Shown here: positions 23,790-37,149 of the stretch, piece after piece | Numbering within the stretch: the stretch's first letter is position 1 | How the letters are laid out: each line of letters opens with the position of its first letter | Assembly (NCBI GenBank): GCA_964276515.1 | Contig: OZ193909.1 | Location: 124,001-188,000, forward strand | Reading direction: 5' to 3' | DNA length: 64,000 nucleotides | From: Gordius albopunctatus | Taxonomy: Eukaryota | Made by a program: the position numbers and the translations under genes | The notes under the pieces: model-generated | The model's database searches: none | Seen by the model: the letters and a program-made list of their open reading frames with translations, nothing else | What the model was told of the DNA's origin: nothing

Positions 23790-24900
23790 AAATTTATTAT
23801 TAATCGCATTTGCAAATTAAGTTTGGTAAAGCAAACTATTAGCATATGTAATATTTTAGCAAAAGAAGGGGATCTTTTATACAAAGGAGGACTCTTTGCA
23901 TTTGAGAAGGAGCAAAGTTCCAACTTTTTTGAGATTTTATTTAGCGCAATTTCAATCCCTTTGTAGACATAAATAATGAATCAAATATGAGATTATGAAA
24001 CAAGTGATATATTATAAGCACTATATTACACCTACAATTACTTATAATATTACAAACAAATTTATAATAAATTGGGGGGAGGGAGGTTGAATTCATCCAA
24101 ACTAAAAACTATTTATACATTAAAATACCTCTAGGGGGATGGATAAATGTATGCAATTCTCAAGCAATCATATTTATACAAATATCCGGGACCAAGTGAT
24201 CCGATTTAAAACAAACATCATTGTTTAAATTTAAAGTGAATGATATATACAAAATAATAATATCAAAGATAAGTAAAATAAATGACCCTTTTTAAAACAA
24301 ATACCTCCTGGGTATTTTTATGTCTCGATAATTAATTTAGGTATAAATCTTATGAATTTATTTTCCTTTTCCTATCTCTCGCACATACGTTTCCTTTTTT
24401 AGCCATAACAACAATAAGTGAATATCATCATCATCTTGAGCTATAATGTACAAAGCTTAAAATTTTATTATAGTACTAATCATGGATGCATTGTATTTAC
24501 AAAGTGTGCCAATTGGATGTTTTGATTGCAATAATCATTAAGGATTTTAATCACCTTGAAACGTGTGTAAAATTTGGGGCATTATTTTATCAATCTCACT
24601 TTTATTTCTATCCCCAAATCTCTTATTTTATCATTGTTTCCCATGGCGCAGTTAAAAGGTCATTGTTGTAGGGACACTATGCAAAATATTTATTCGGGTC
24701 TTTAAATGAGCGTTTGGGATTGCGTAATGCAGATAAGCACAATCCAACAAAGGATTCAACTTTGCGTATTTAGCAAAATCAGAGTTTCAAAAGCGAAGCC
24801 CAACATTTTTTTACATTTTTGTAAAGTTTAAAATATAACAAAATTAAAAATTGCAGATGAGCTCTCCCATTTTCAGGTAGCGCGTTGTATCCTTCAAATG
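23790..24900 (+). mobile_element. Possible highly decayed MULE/Mutator-like transposase
   Basis: Broken frames only. The segment ...KAKPNIFLHF (about 24790-24820) resembles the C-terminal PNIF motif of MULE transposases. Confidence 0.25.
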
Positions 24901-26038
24901 AGATTTAAAATGGTTGAATGGATAGAGAAGGATCTTGGCAGTTAAAGTATAATTGAAATTGTTGTTTACATAACAGTGGCCACTTGCGAACCTGTTTTGT
25001 AGCTAATCAATTTGGACGCTTTCTTATATCATCATAATAAAATAAGCGTTCACTTTATTTAAATTAACTAATAACAGATTCATACTTTTTAGAATTAATT
25101 CCTGCAAACATTTTTGCAAATACTTCTAATCAATGCTTGAGATAATTCATTTTTTTAATTAAAATTTTATTTAAACAAGGCCATCGATTTTAAAGGAATT
25201 TAAATAATAAGAGAAAGTTATGAGTTAGCGATAGAGTTTAAATAAGCGAACTAAACAAATTACATCAATTCTTTTGCCCATTCAAAAATATTTATTAGGT
25301 GTAATCTATAAAGAGTACTTACTACACGCAAGGTAAGTAAAAAACGGTCTTCAATCGTCTTTCCTTATAGATTCAGTTAAAAATAAATTACTCTTTTCAA
25401 ACTTTTTTGTACCAAATTTCTTCATAATTTAATAATTAACTTCATTTTTTGTGGGTACAAAATATATTTTTAAATAGAATATCGAATTGGTTGAGCCAAT
25501 TATTCAATTATTGTTGATGATCTTTTAAAATTTAACCTATTAAATTTTTCACCGAATTAATTCTGGAAAAATAGCATAACAAAACTTTTGAGGATTTAAG
25601 ATATTGGGACTTACACAAGTCCCTGAATAAATAAGCGTAAGGTTTTAGAAAAATAATGATACAAGCAATTTTTCAAACATAAATAATTTCCTTTTGGATA
25701 TTTATTTTACGTGGGAAGTGTATATAGGAGACATCATATGTTTTTTAGAATGGCTGAGTTGGGACAGGGATGGATGATTAATTGACAGGTGTGTGTGTAA
25801 AAAGTAGACGAAATTGTAGGGAGGTAATTAATTAACCCAGCAGCAGCAGCAGCAGCAGTTTACACTTGAAAGCCATCTTTGTGCCTTAACTTGAAATGAA
25901 AGTAATATGCTCCTCACATGATTCGACACCCTTTTCATTAAGTTAAAAGCATACTACAAATATGAAGTAGGGAATCAAAGCTATAGATAGACCTTGTAGT
26001 AGTATTTACTACATGGTTACATAGTAAAAACACTTTTC

Positions 26039-26199
26039 CATGGGCGTCGCCGGGGGGGGGGGGCGCTCCCCCTCTAAATCAAAAATTTTTGTTAAATCTA
26101 ATAAAAATATGGCGAAAATTTTGAAAAAATGCTCATTTTGCCCCCCTCCCCCTAAATCATTGTGTCCACTCTCTGATTCCAATGCTGGCTCCGCACATG
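26039..26199. mobile_element. CATGGGCG-family MITE
   Basis: catgggcgtcgccgg...ggctccgcacatg with TSD cacttttc / aacttgtc (6/8). Confidence 0.7.
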
Positions 26200-26812
26200 A
26201 ACTTGTCCCAAATTATATTACAAAAAAATAATATATTGATGGGTAATACTATCAAACAAAATTTTGGTTGCGAGTATTTTGCCCCCATCCAAATTATACA
26301 AAATGGCGCAAAGAAAAAGAGGTGGTCATTAGCCCTGCCCCGCATGACACGCGCGCGTCCCCCCCCCCCACCTTTTGGCTGTATTTGAGGAGGAGTTCGG
26401 TGACATTTGATATTATAAGCTGGGGTTTGTTTGATATATAATTTAATTACTTCTACGTGTCACATACAAAAGCCAGGAGGCATTCCAGGGAAATTGTGTG
26501 TATATATATAGAAGGCCCTAGCTCCTAGCCTAGCCTAGGTGTTTCGAGAGTTACTAGAATTGAAAAAACAAAGTGTATTAAGTCATTAATCTCATAATAA
26601 TCAAAATAATATCTGCCCCCATCCATATAAATCCCTTATAAAATGGTGTAGGCTAGGAGTACACCACTTGCCAGCCAGGCCAGCATTACCGTGCATGTAG
26701 TAATGCTTTATCAAACACCACCAGCACTTTAAACATTCCCTAAGCGATATCAAGTATTAGTAGATAAAAATAATCAAAATAATTGTGATAACACTTAGTG
26801 TTTATATTAATT

Positions 26813-26981
26813 CATGGGCGTAGCCAGCTTAGGGGGAATATGATTTAGGGAGGGGAGGGGAGGGCGAAATGATAATTTTGTGAAACTTTACCCATATTTT
26901 CAATAAATTTACTCAACATTTTTTGGATTTAGATGGGGGAGCTGCCTCCTCTCTGACCCCCCCCCCCCGGCTACGCCTACG
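26813..26981. mobile_element. CATGGGCG-family MITE
   Basis: catgggcgtagccag...ggctacgcctacg with perfect TSD tattaatt. Confidence 0.85.
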
Positions 26982-28305
26982 TATTAATTGAAAAATCTTG
27001 TGTAACTTAAGCTAACATCATCATCTCAGCAGAGCACAGTGGATATAATTCAACAAATATCCGAGTATTTAAGTCTTTTTGGCTGCGCCGAATTTCCCCT
27101 CACTACACATATTTAAAATGATAGCAACTCTATTTTGGTTGTATAACCTTGAAAATTATCATCAATTATACTTTTACAAATTCCAAGATTAATATGCAAG
27201 TATATAAAAATATAGCCGAGGCTTCAAGATAAGAAAGATTGCTATTTTCTCGATTATTCCAGATATTGATGATACAGCTGAAAATCGTTTTAAGTTTTTA
27301 CCATGGCGTTTAGCCTTAATACCACAAATATTAAAATATCGAAGATCTCATTATACCACATTTCAACGTCTTCCATTGAGGGAATCAATGTTATTAAATT
27401 GTAGGATAATATTGAGGAGGGTAGGTGGAAAACTTCGTGGGTAATTGTGCAAACTTTTACACCCAATCACTTTTCGCGAATGTCGGAGCAGGTAAAAGGG
27501 ATTTAAATGTCGCGACCATAATTTGCATATTGTCACCGCGCTCCTTCTCCCCTCTCACTCCCCTCACAACGCGATGTTTGGAATAATATTCCGACAAAAA
27601 AATTGAAAAGATTATTTCCTTCGAATCAATCAATGTGTTGTTTTATGTGAGTGTAGAGTTAATTTAAAATGTAGAAGATATCTTCCTTCTGGAGGAGGAA
27701 GAGTTAAAAGTTAAAGGATTAAAATAGAGGAGATGCCTTGAACATGACAACACTAACAAGCAACAACTACAACATACATGATCCATGTTGTTGTATGTAA
27801 GACAATTTCAATCACCTCGGGGTGGGTAAAGTGGGAGGCAGCACTTCTATATCACTTCCTTCCACCTCTTTCACCTGTACCAACAAACTCTCATCCCTCA
27901 CCTCACTACACCACGTGACAACTAACGAGTTAGAGGGGGGGGGAGGGGTGTAAAACATATGTTTGTCACAATTTGAGGGGCCTATCAATCATACATAAGT
28001 CGGCGATGTGACCGATAAATCAATAATACCACTCCTATTTTAACTAACTTATCCATCGAGTCAAAATAATATGTTTATATTGGAAACAAACCTAGACTAT
28101 TAATGTTAGCGCATACTTCAAGGGCTCAAATTAGGGCGGAAAAAAGGGAACGGTTTAATGAAATATAAGTAAGTCAAAAACATAATGGTACACGGTTCAT
28201 GCAGATCATAAAACCTAACCTTAAATGTCCTTTTATATAAAATGAAGCTAATATGCCCTATGACAACTTTAAACCAAATTCCCCATAATTAGTATGATGG
28301 TGTAT

Positions 28306-29454
28306 TATGGGCGTAGCCGGGGGGGCACCCCCCCCCCTAATTTAGAAAAAAAGAAAAATTTCAACATAAAAACCCTTAAAAAGTAAAAAAATATGTTTTG
28401 CCCCCCCCCCCCTTATTTGAAATTAACTCAAATAAATACAGAGGCTTATATTAGCGAATTTAGACATAATTTTAAATTATTTTGGTAAAATTAAATCTAA
28501 ATTTGAGATTTTAGATTACTAGTTGCGATTGTGTTTGTGTAGTCATTATTTATTTCCTATTCCTAAAATTAATACATATATACAAATTAATTTCCCTAAA
28601 AATTTCAAATTTAATGGATTTAAAAAATTTTATTTTGAATCTTTATTGACCTTGGATAATATTTATTTCAGTATTTTAATTATTTAGCAAATACTTTTTT
28701 GAAAATTTTATGTGTTTTGCTTAAATAATTTTTGACATATTTATTAATTATATATAAATTTCAGAAAAATTTATGAAATACTTTAAATTTATTTAAATAA
28801 TTTTTGATTTAGAAAATAGTAATTTATGCAGGTATATTTTATATTACATTAATCTGATTATGAATATTGATAATTTTTATAGTTATTAAAAATTTTGTGG
28901 GGCTTGGGCTATATTCAGTATTTTTTGGTAAATTGCAAATCTTTTTATATAGGTTTTCAGACATCTATTTTTTCTGTATCATCATTATATAGTAATTGCA
29001 TGTTTTTGATATTTAATTATATCAGATTTTTAAATTATAGCACGCCAAAGGAAAGTGGAAAGTGTAGAGCTGGATGATGGAGAGAACGAGTTGTGTTCGT
29101 CTATAGGATTTAATAAAAGTTAGAATTTAAGCTTAGTTGAAAAATATATAATTGTTGTGAATTTAATTTTTAATTTAAAAATAAGATTCATAATATAAAT
29201 TGTATTAACAATTTTAGCATGCCAAGTGGAAAGTGTAGAGCTGGATGATGGAGAGAACGAGTTGTGTTCGTCTATAGGATTTAATGAAAGTTAGAATTTA
29301 CCCTCCCTAATTAGCAAAATTTGAATCCGGAAAAATTTTTTTGGATAGGCGAGACCTTTTTTTTGCTCTCAGGAAAAATTTTGGGATAGTCAAGGAAAAT
29401 TTTTTGTTATCTGCCCCCCCCCCCCCCCTAAATTAAAAGCTGGCTATGCCCATG
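28306..29454. mobile_element. Long (1.15 kb) member of the CATGGGCG family with an internal duplication
   Basis: tatgggcgtagcc / ggctatgcccatg with perfect TSD tggtgtat. An internal direct repeat of about 75 bp lies at 29053-29129 and 29224-29300. Confidence 0.88.
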
Positions 29455-31967
29455 TGGTGTATCAAGTCATTGACTAAAATCAATATTTTATGCATTTAAC
29501 ACTGATTAGCACGTGCTCGGAAACTTGAAACAAGTGATAAAAAAAATATTAGGTATTGCCTCAAACCTAGGTTTTGTTTGAATTTCGAGGTTCAATTCCT
29601 ATTGCTTCTGACTGATTTCTTCAAGTTATCCCCTTAAAATTTTTAAATTTATTAAATCCTGAGTCGTGATTTATAATCCTTCGGACATAATCGGTCAGGG
29701 TTTGGTCAAATCGAAGTTCATCAGGTGTGAATATATAAAGATTTTTATATATCTATGATGGCGAACATATTAAGACCTTAAACATGTTTAATCAGGTTGG
29801 GTAAAAAGAGGCATTCTTGATAATGATTGATAGTAAAGTTTTGTACAAAATCCTATTGGATTTTTTCCACTAAAATCTTTGCAAACTTTTAAATATAAAT
29901 GATTCATGTGGCAATTAAATAATATAATAACTAAATATACTACGTATTTATTTTTAATGGCTTTTCATGGGCATATTCTAAATATATTAATTTCCTTGAC
30001 ATTATTTTTAAAACAAAGTTTAAATACTTAGGGTATAAAAATGTTACTTAGATGCATAGCATAGCCGGATTGGAATTAGAGGGAACCAATGATGCTTTAG
30101 GGAAGGGCAAAATGACATTAATATATATATATATACTAATATCATTTAAATAATTTTTGGATTTCTAGGGTGGCCGCCCTTCCCCACCACCCCCTGGGTA
30201 CGCGTATGTGATCCTTTTCTATCTCCACACCTACTTAACCCTTACACTTTCCCTTTACTCTAACACATCTTGTTCTGCTTGTTGAATGAAACATTTGTTT
30301 CCATTTACCATATGTCCATAATTTAGGCTGATACAAATGATTAAAAAGGGCAAAATCTGATTTTTCTAAATAAGTATAATCTCATTGAAAATCATAGAAA
30401 CTAGAGATATGGGGGGGGGGGGGCAGTTACCAATCGTTGCCCGCCATTTGATAGCCTCGAGTAGACCGAAAATTTGTCATATTGTCTTCACACTGCGTCC
30501 GTCAATAATAATCGGAGTAGTTTGTCGATGAATTGCTTGTTAATGTGGTATTTTCCAAATAAATTCCAGTCTCTCTCTCTCTCTTTCTCTCTCTCTAACA
30601 TGAATGAATGTGTGGCGGCTGGCGTTATAGAGAGGAACCTTCATTTATTTCCCACTACACACACATCGTACAACAACCGAGTAGCAAAGGTGTACGTCGC
30701 TTGAGGGGTATACTCTAGCTTGATTTACCTGATTTTCATGATGAGTGGCAGAGTTGAGGACGGATCACTAAAACCCGAGCCTGAGTCGAGTTTGGGTTTA
30801 ACACTTTATAAAAAATTGGGTTGGGTTTGATTGACTTCCCAATCCCTGTCTTGAATATTTTCACATTTTTTATAAAAAATCGTTCAAAAAGCAAAGGTTG
30901 AAATGAAACTATTTTTTATGCTACCGCGTCGCGTTAAACTTAAAATTTAACAATTGGTTGTTTCAGGAATGGGTATTTAGTTTATTTTTTTATTTAGGGA
31001 GGTGAGGTTTGAATTAGGATTTTATAATATCAATTGAGTCCAATTAAGCTAAAGTTTATATGCCAAATAAGCTAAGAGTCCGGTGGCGCCGGACTTGAAC
31101 TATGAACATAATTTTTAGGTAATATTGAAATTTAGAAAATTTTTGTGGTAGGGTTAAAAACAACGATGCACATTACACTAATTTATGGCGAAGAATATTT
31201 TTGCTTGGGTTAGATTTTGATATTGTAAATATTCAAATATGATGGACCTGATCTTTATTTTCGACATACTTTTCAAGGGTGAATTTTGAATCTTTATTGA
31301 AATTTGACATTCAATTTAAATCCGTATTTATGCGGCTTAGTAAGTCTGAAATTCCTCTAAAATGGTTTATAGGGTTTTCCTGATCTTTACCCCAAAAGCC
31401 TTGCCAATGATCACTCCTCTAAGATAATAATTTCCATAGCTGTTTGTCATACTAAGATGGTCAGATTCTTTAGATATTGATATAAAGAAAGGGTGATGAT
31501 CGGCTATCCACGCCTGACACCCGTGTTCCCGATGTCATATATTTGACATCTTTTGAAAGGAAGTGCCGAAAGCGGGATGGATCTGAACAAGCCGGGAGCT
31601 CTTGTTCAAAGACAAAGCCTATCTATAACACTATGCCCCCACCCCACCCACCCACCCACACCCAATCACCACTCTAAGATGAAAGTCGAAAGTGCAAAGC
31701 TTAAAATCTTTTATTAGCTGCCTAAATGATAACTTTTCTAGGATGACGGGGTGCAGCACACAATTATTATTACAAACAATGTATTTGGGCAGCAGATAAA
31801 GCGATATCATTATCATGATGACTTCAGTAAAGGATAACGACGTAACCTTAGAAAACTCATTTGTTCCTCCTTCAACACCGAAATCTTAAATAGAAGGCTT
31901 GAGTTGAAGCAACGACATTAACAATCTCATGAACCATTTAATATTTTAAGTCAAATTAGTGAAAATT

Positions 31968-33690
31968 CAGGGTCCCTCCCCTCCCAGCCGAGCCCGCACT
32001 TTACAGTTTGTTCAACCGGGAGGGCCCTGTAAGAGCAAAGGTGTGGTTCGGCCCTACCTTTTAAAAGTTATTAAGGCACATTGATTTATTTGGATAAATT
32101 TTTTATTCCGGAATTTGACGCAAAATAATTATTACAAGGTTAGAAGCAAAGTAATTTTAATTTATAAATAAACGCTACCATGGGCGTGACCAGGTTTTGG
32201 ATTAGGGGGGGGGTGGGTCGAAAAATTTTTAAGTTCAATTAGGGTGAGAGGCAATATTTTTTAAATTTTTAAGAGTTTTTATATTAAAAGAATTGTTTTT
32301 GGCTACAGACAGATGAACGCTACACATGAGTTGTTTTCTGACAAATCAAGTTATATTTTATAGAAAAAATTATGGAACAAAACGAACAATACACTTTATG
32401 ATTTATACCCAACCGGTCTAATGCTCAAGTAATCTAATGCACAAAAATTGTAATTTAAACATTATTAGATAAGTATATCTCTAACCCTAACCCTATAAAG
32501 TATTGTAAATGCATATTAACTTATTATCAAGCATTTAATCTAACCTATGAAAGAAAATAATAAAAAATTTGATCTTCATATATTATATGCTTAATATGAA
32601 AGAAAATATATATGCAGCAATAAAAAAGCTAATCTTCATATATTATATGCTTAATATATGTTTTTGCAACCTTTTAAAGCGTTTTTAACATGATTAAATA
32701 TAAAATTAATTAGTTATAAGCATTCTTTGCAAATTTTAGATTACTTGAGCATTAGATCACTTGAGCAAATACGCACTTTATTCCACATTTCAGCAAAGAC
32801 GTTATGATATACTCTATTGTAAGGCATTCTTTTTAATAGAATAAAAATACTGGTTCTTCTGTAAAAAGAAATGGTATCCATTTGAAACAAAGATAACGAT
32901 TTTCGTAATTTAATAATTCATTAAAAGATAAAAAATGAGCTATAACGACTCTCAATAAATTAATTGAAAATCCGCCATTATTGTTAAATAATTGGGATCC
33001 ATAGGGCAATTATTATCGTCTCATAGAAACACTCCAGATAGTTTTAGATTATATGATTTATAAAATTATGGGAAGAGCTCTGAAATGTAATCTATAAATT
33101 TAGTTTCAGGAAAGGAATCAACGTGTTTATTTGACCTGGGCAAGAATCTGATAAGAAAATCAGAATGTGATGGTGATCCCTAAATATCTAATATCAAAAT
33201 AAATCAGTCATAGAACAATTAACAGGTGGAGTTGGAACAAATAATCTCGAAGGTCGTCACTTTAAATGATAATGGTACAATTAAAGTAGTCGATGTGATG
33301 TTAAGTGTGGTATCCATGTTTACACTTACCCATTGTGGTATCCCTTTTAGAGCCCAGAAAAGCCCTGCCGGACTCCCTGCTCCACATAAATTTTTGGGCA
33401 CCCGGGCGGGCATCAAGATTCGGACAATTCGGGCTCAGTATATTATTTTGTCATCGTATGCTAATTTGTCATTTAATTCATTTTATAATATTTACTTATC
33501 GTAGTTTTATGGAAAAAACCGGTAATTAAATTAACAGTTTTTAAAAACTATGAAAAAATTATTAATAAAAATTATCATTTCGGGGCGGACAGTTCGTGCA
33601 GCGCTAATAATTCGGACATGGCCGGGTGGACACTTAGAGGGTTAGGATAGGCCCGAGTGGGCAATTTAGTCATGAAGTTAGATCGGGCTG
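31968..33690 (+). mobile_element. Decayed DNA-transposon cluster (hAT-like remnant with inserted MITEs)
   Basis: CCCG/CGGG-rich subterminal blocks at 31970-32055 and 33360-33690, a CATGGGCG end at 32179, an inverted repeat tctaatgctcaagtaatcta (32417) / tagattacttgagcattaga (32737), and broken coding-like frames at 32790-33260. Confidence 0.35.
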
Positions 33691-33835
33691 GTGTCATGTG
33701 CCAAGAGGCGCGCCATTTAGGAGTACTCTTGTTACGCTTATAATAATAAAAGTTTTTTTCCTCCACAAACATATTAATTTTTCCATATGTAAAACAAAAG
33801 AATCCCCTTCCTTCGAATAATCAATATATATATAA

Positions 33836-35450
33836 ACAAGGCGATCCTCTAGGCCCCCCCCCTATTCTGCTTGGCCATAAATCACCTAATTAACGAAATT
33901 AACAAACATTGTAAACTCACTCTTAATGTCTGGCATCTTGATGACGCCACTCTTGTTGGGACCCCTGACAACCTAGCCCAAGCACTAGATGTAATACATG
34001 CTTTTTTTCCCACTCTAAATTTATGTTTAAACGCCTCTAAAAGTGAAATAAATTCTGACTTGGATAATACTCACCCAAAGTTTTTTGACTTTGCCATAAT
34101 TAAAAAAGACAATTTGTATGTTTTAGGCGCACAAAATTTTTAGACAAAAATCTCTCTTCTTTAAAAACCAAATTAGACATTTTTAAATCTATGCCATCTC
34201 ATCATTCTTTCTATATTATAAAAAATTATTACAACATTAGCAAAATTTTATTCTGCTTACGCTCCACGCAAGCTTTTTTATTTAAAGAAGTTTTACACGA
34301 CTATGAAAACTTTTTTAAATCCACTCTTGAATCAATTTTAAATATTTCCTTTAACACCAATACTTGGCTTCAAGCCACACTTCCCACAAAATCCGGTGCC
34401 CTAGGTATTCGCTCACCATCTGCGATTTCCCTAGCCGCCTTTATTTCTTCCTCTCTATCTTTTAAACATCATATTAACGACCTTGTCCCATTCCCACTTA
34501 ACCCCTCCATAAATCAAGCCCTATCCTTATGGAATGAGAACGTCAATGTAGGAGCTAATATACCACAATCATACGCTCAAAAAGATTTGGATGCAAGTTT
34601 GGTGTCGCGATCCGTTGCTTACCTTCTCTCGACATGCGACGCCAAACAGCATTGCAATCTTAGGTCATTAGCTTTCGACCAATCCGGTCATGAATGGCTT
34701 GAAGATTACCCTAGTAAGTTTTCGGGTATGTTTTTGGAGAATCCTACCCTGTCCTACAATATATCCCTCCGCTTGGGCTGTAAATACATGTCCCCATACC
34801 CCTGCCGACTTTGTAATTCACTAGTAGACGAGGAAGCACGTCACCCTCTGCATTGTAAATTTAACAAAAGCCGGTATGGTAGCCACCAAAAAATAAATAC
34901 ACTGCTTCAAGCTGTCCTCAAACGGGCAAAAGTCCCTTCGATCCTCGAACTTTCAGATCCCTCTCTCGAAGGGCGGATGCGCCCGGACGGTTCGTCTCTT
35001 ATCCCATGGGACAAAGGCCTTTTCTTAAAATGGGACTACACCTGTATTGACCTATTTGCCCCCTCCAACGATACTCACGACCCCCCTTGGATCGGCAGAT
35101 CATCGGAAATCCTTAAAATATTCATGTTTATCCCATACCTCGATTTTTATTCCTATCGTCTCATCGTGCTCAGGGACGTTTGGGAAGAGCGCATTAATTT
35201 TTTTAAAGAACTCAATAAACGCTCGCCCCCTTGTAAAATATCGAATAGTTTTTTACTACGACAATCAATTGCCATCGCGATCGCTAAATCTAATTTTTAT
35301 TCTTTGATGGATTTAATGACCATTCTCAAAGATGAAGAAACGGATAATGAGTTTTAATCATTTTTTTATATAAATGTTTTTGTTCTTGTATCTTTTTATT
35401 AATTCCACTCAATATTTAATACTTTTTATTTAATAAAGCATGTCAATACA
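33836..35450 (+). mobile_element. 5'-truncated CRE-like (RLE-type) non-LTR retrotransposon
   Basis: RT motifs QGDPLGPP...WHLDDATLVG and WLQATLPTKSGALGIR, CCHC knuckle CRLC...HPLHC, restriction-like endonuclease RPDG...WDYTC. Frameshifted. 3' UTR ends aataaagcatgtcaa plus an A-rich tail. Confidence 0.88.
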
Positions 35451-35459
35451 AAAAAAGTA

Positions 35460-37145
35460 CAAAGGATTTTTAATACGCAACATATTCCCCCGTGTCTAAA
35501 CGGACTGTTATTTATAATTGTCAAATAATCTAACGAACTAAACAATAACTTAGTAATAAGCGGCATTGGTTTGGTTGTGGTTAACTTGATAGTAGGGAAA
35601 TTGTGACCGAGTTAATTTTGCATGGGTTGTAGGAAATGCTATCCAATGTGTTAGTAATATAATTGATAAACACAATTTTCTGGATTTATGGCCCAGTGTC
35701 TTCAAGATGCCCTTCTTCAGGCAAATTACCTCCACCCTGCTTACCAATTCCACCCCTGGAGGCTCCCCTATCGCCAATCCCTAGCACGTCATCCCCCCAT
35801 CCTTACAATGCTCCCCATCAATTAATCAACCGCCCGACTCATCTTGGAGAATTCTTTTTTAACAAATCCATTTCCTAATACTATCTCTAGAATCCCAAGA
35901 GGAGCCAGACCTTCCATCCAACAATCTCTGCTAAATATATTCACTTCTATTATCAAAAACCCTTATAACTTAACTAATTGGGACAAACTTTTTAAATTCC
36001 CATATTATATCCTTTATGTTAGGGAACCTAATGAACATAATTTATCAAGCCTCATCAAGGAATCCCTTCTGTGTTTAATACTGATGATCCCATTACATGC
36101 ACAAGTAAAACAAAACCCTTTCCACTGGAATTTACAATTAACCAAACAGCCAAGCACATTTCAAATAAAATCCATAATTTCAACCCAAAAAATGCCCTTA
36201 GAGCTTTTTATGATAACAACTCAATTGCCCCTTGTTGCCCTGACTCTTAATCAAAAACACCCACCAGCATCCTCAGCCAGTAAATACCCCACATGTCCAT
36301 CATCAATAGTGCTCGAGTCTTCAGACATCCGTGAAGCCCTTAACTCCTTTCCTTTGGACTCCGCAGCCGGACTCGAAGGATGGCGCCCAGTATATTTACA
36401 AGATTTACTCAACTTGAATAATTTAAATACTGAACCTCTTTTAAATTCTATTACTTCTTTTTGTAATATCATTGTTAATGGAAAACTTCCTCATGAAATC
36501 ATCCCTATTTTATTCGGTGCAAAAATTATCGCCATCAAAAAACAGGATAACTCAGTTAGACCTATTGCCATTGGAAGTCTTTTTCGCCGTATTATATCAA
36601 AAATCCTCTGCAAACTCATAAAACCCTCCTTATCCACCAAGCTCTGCCCTCATCAACTCGGCTTCGGAATTAAAGGCGGCTGTGAGGCTGCCAGCTATGC
36701 TGGCCGGATCACACTTCAAAATATTCCTACCGAGTCCTGCTTTGTTAAATTAGATTTTGCCAATGCTTTTAACAGCATTCGAAGAGAAACCCTTAGTAAC
36801 ACTTTTTTAGCTGAATTCCCACAATTTCTAAATTACATTTTATTAAGCCATGGTTCTACAACCAAGCTTCGATTCGGCGAATACGTCATTGACTCGTCCG
36901 AAGGCATCCAACAAGGAGATCCATTAGGCCCTCCTTTGTTTTGTTTAGCCATTCATAATTTAGTCGAGGCTATATCATCTCAGTGTACCCTGGATTTAAA
37001 TGTTCGGTATCTCGACGACGCCACCTATGTGGCCGCCCGGAGGAGATTAGTAAAGCTATACAAATTATCAACAATTTTGAACCTAATCTGAACCTTAAAT
37101 TAAACTCGAAAAAATGTGAAATCTTTCAGGCCCCCAACACTATTG
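35460..37145 (+). mobile_element. 5' half of a second, divergent CRE-like retrotransposon (3' end missing)
   Basis: TISRIPRGAR, KHP...SAAGLEGWRP..L, KQDNSVRPIAIGSLFRR, QLGFGIKGGCEA, KLDFANAFNSIRR, SSEGIQQGDPLGPPLFCL, YLDD. 5' boundary approximate. Confidence 0.85.
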
Positions 37146-37149
37146 ACTT

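Noticed and set aside
29500..29605. B-box-like ggttcaattcc as a tRNA or SINE
   Set aside because: No cloverleaf and no well-spaced A box could be built.
32501..32514. ctaaccctaaccct as telomeric repeat
   Set aside because: Only two units, located inside a MITE-like inverted repeat.
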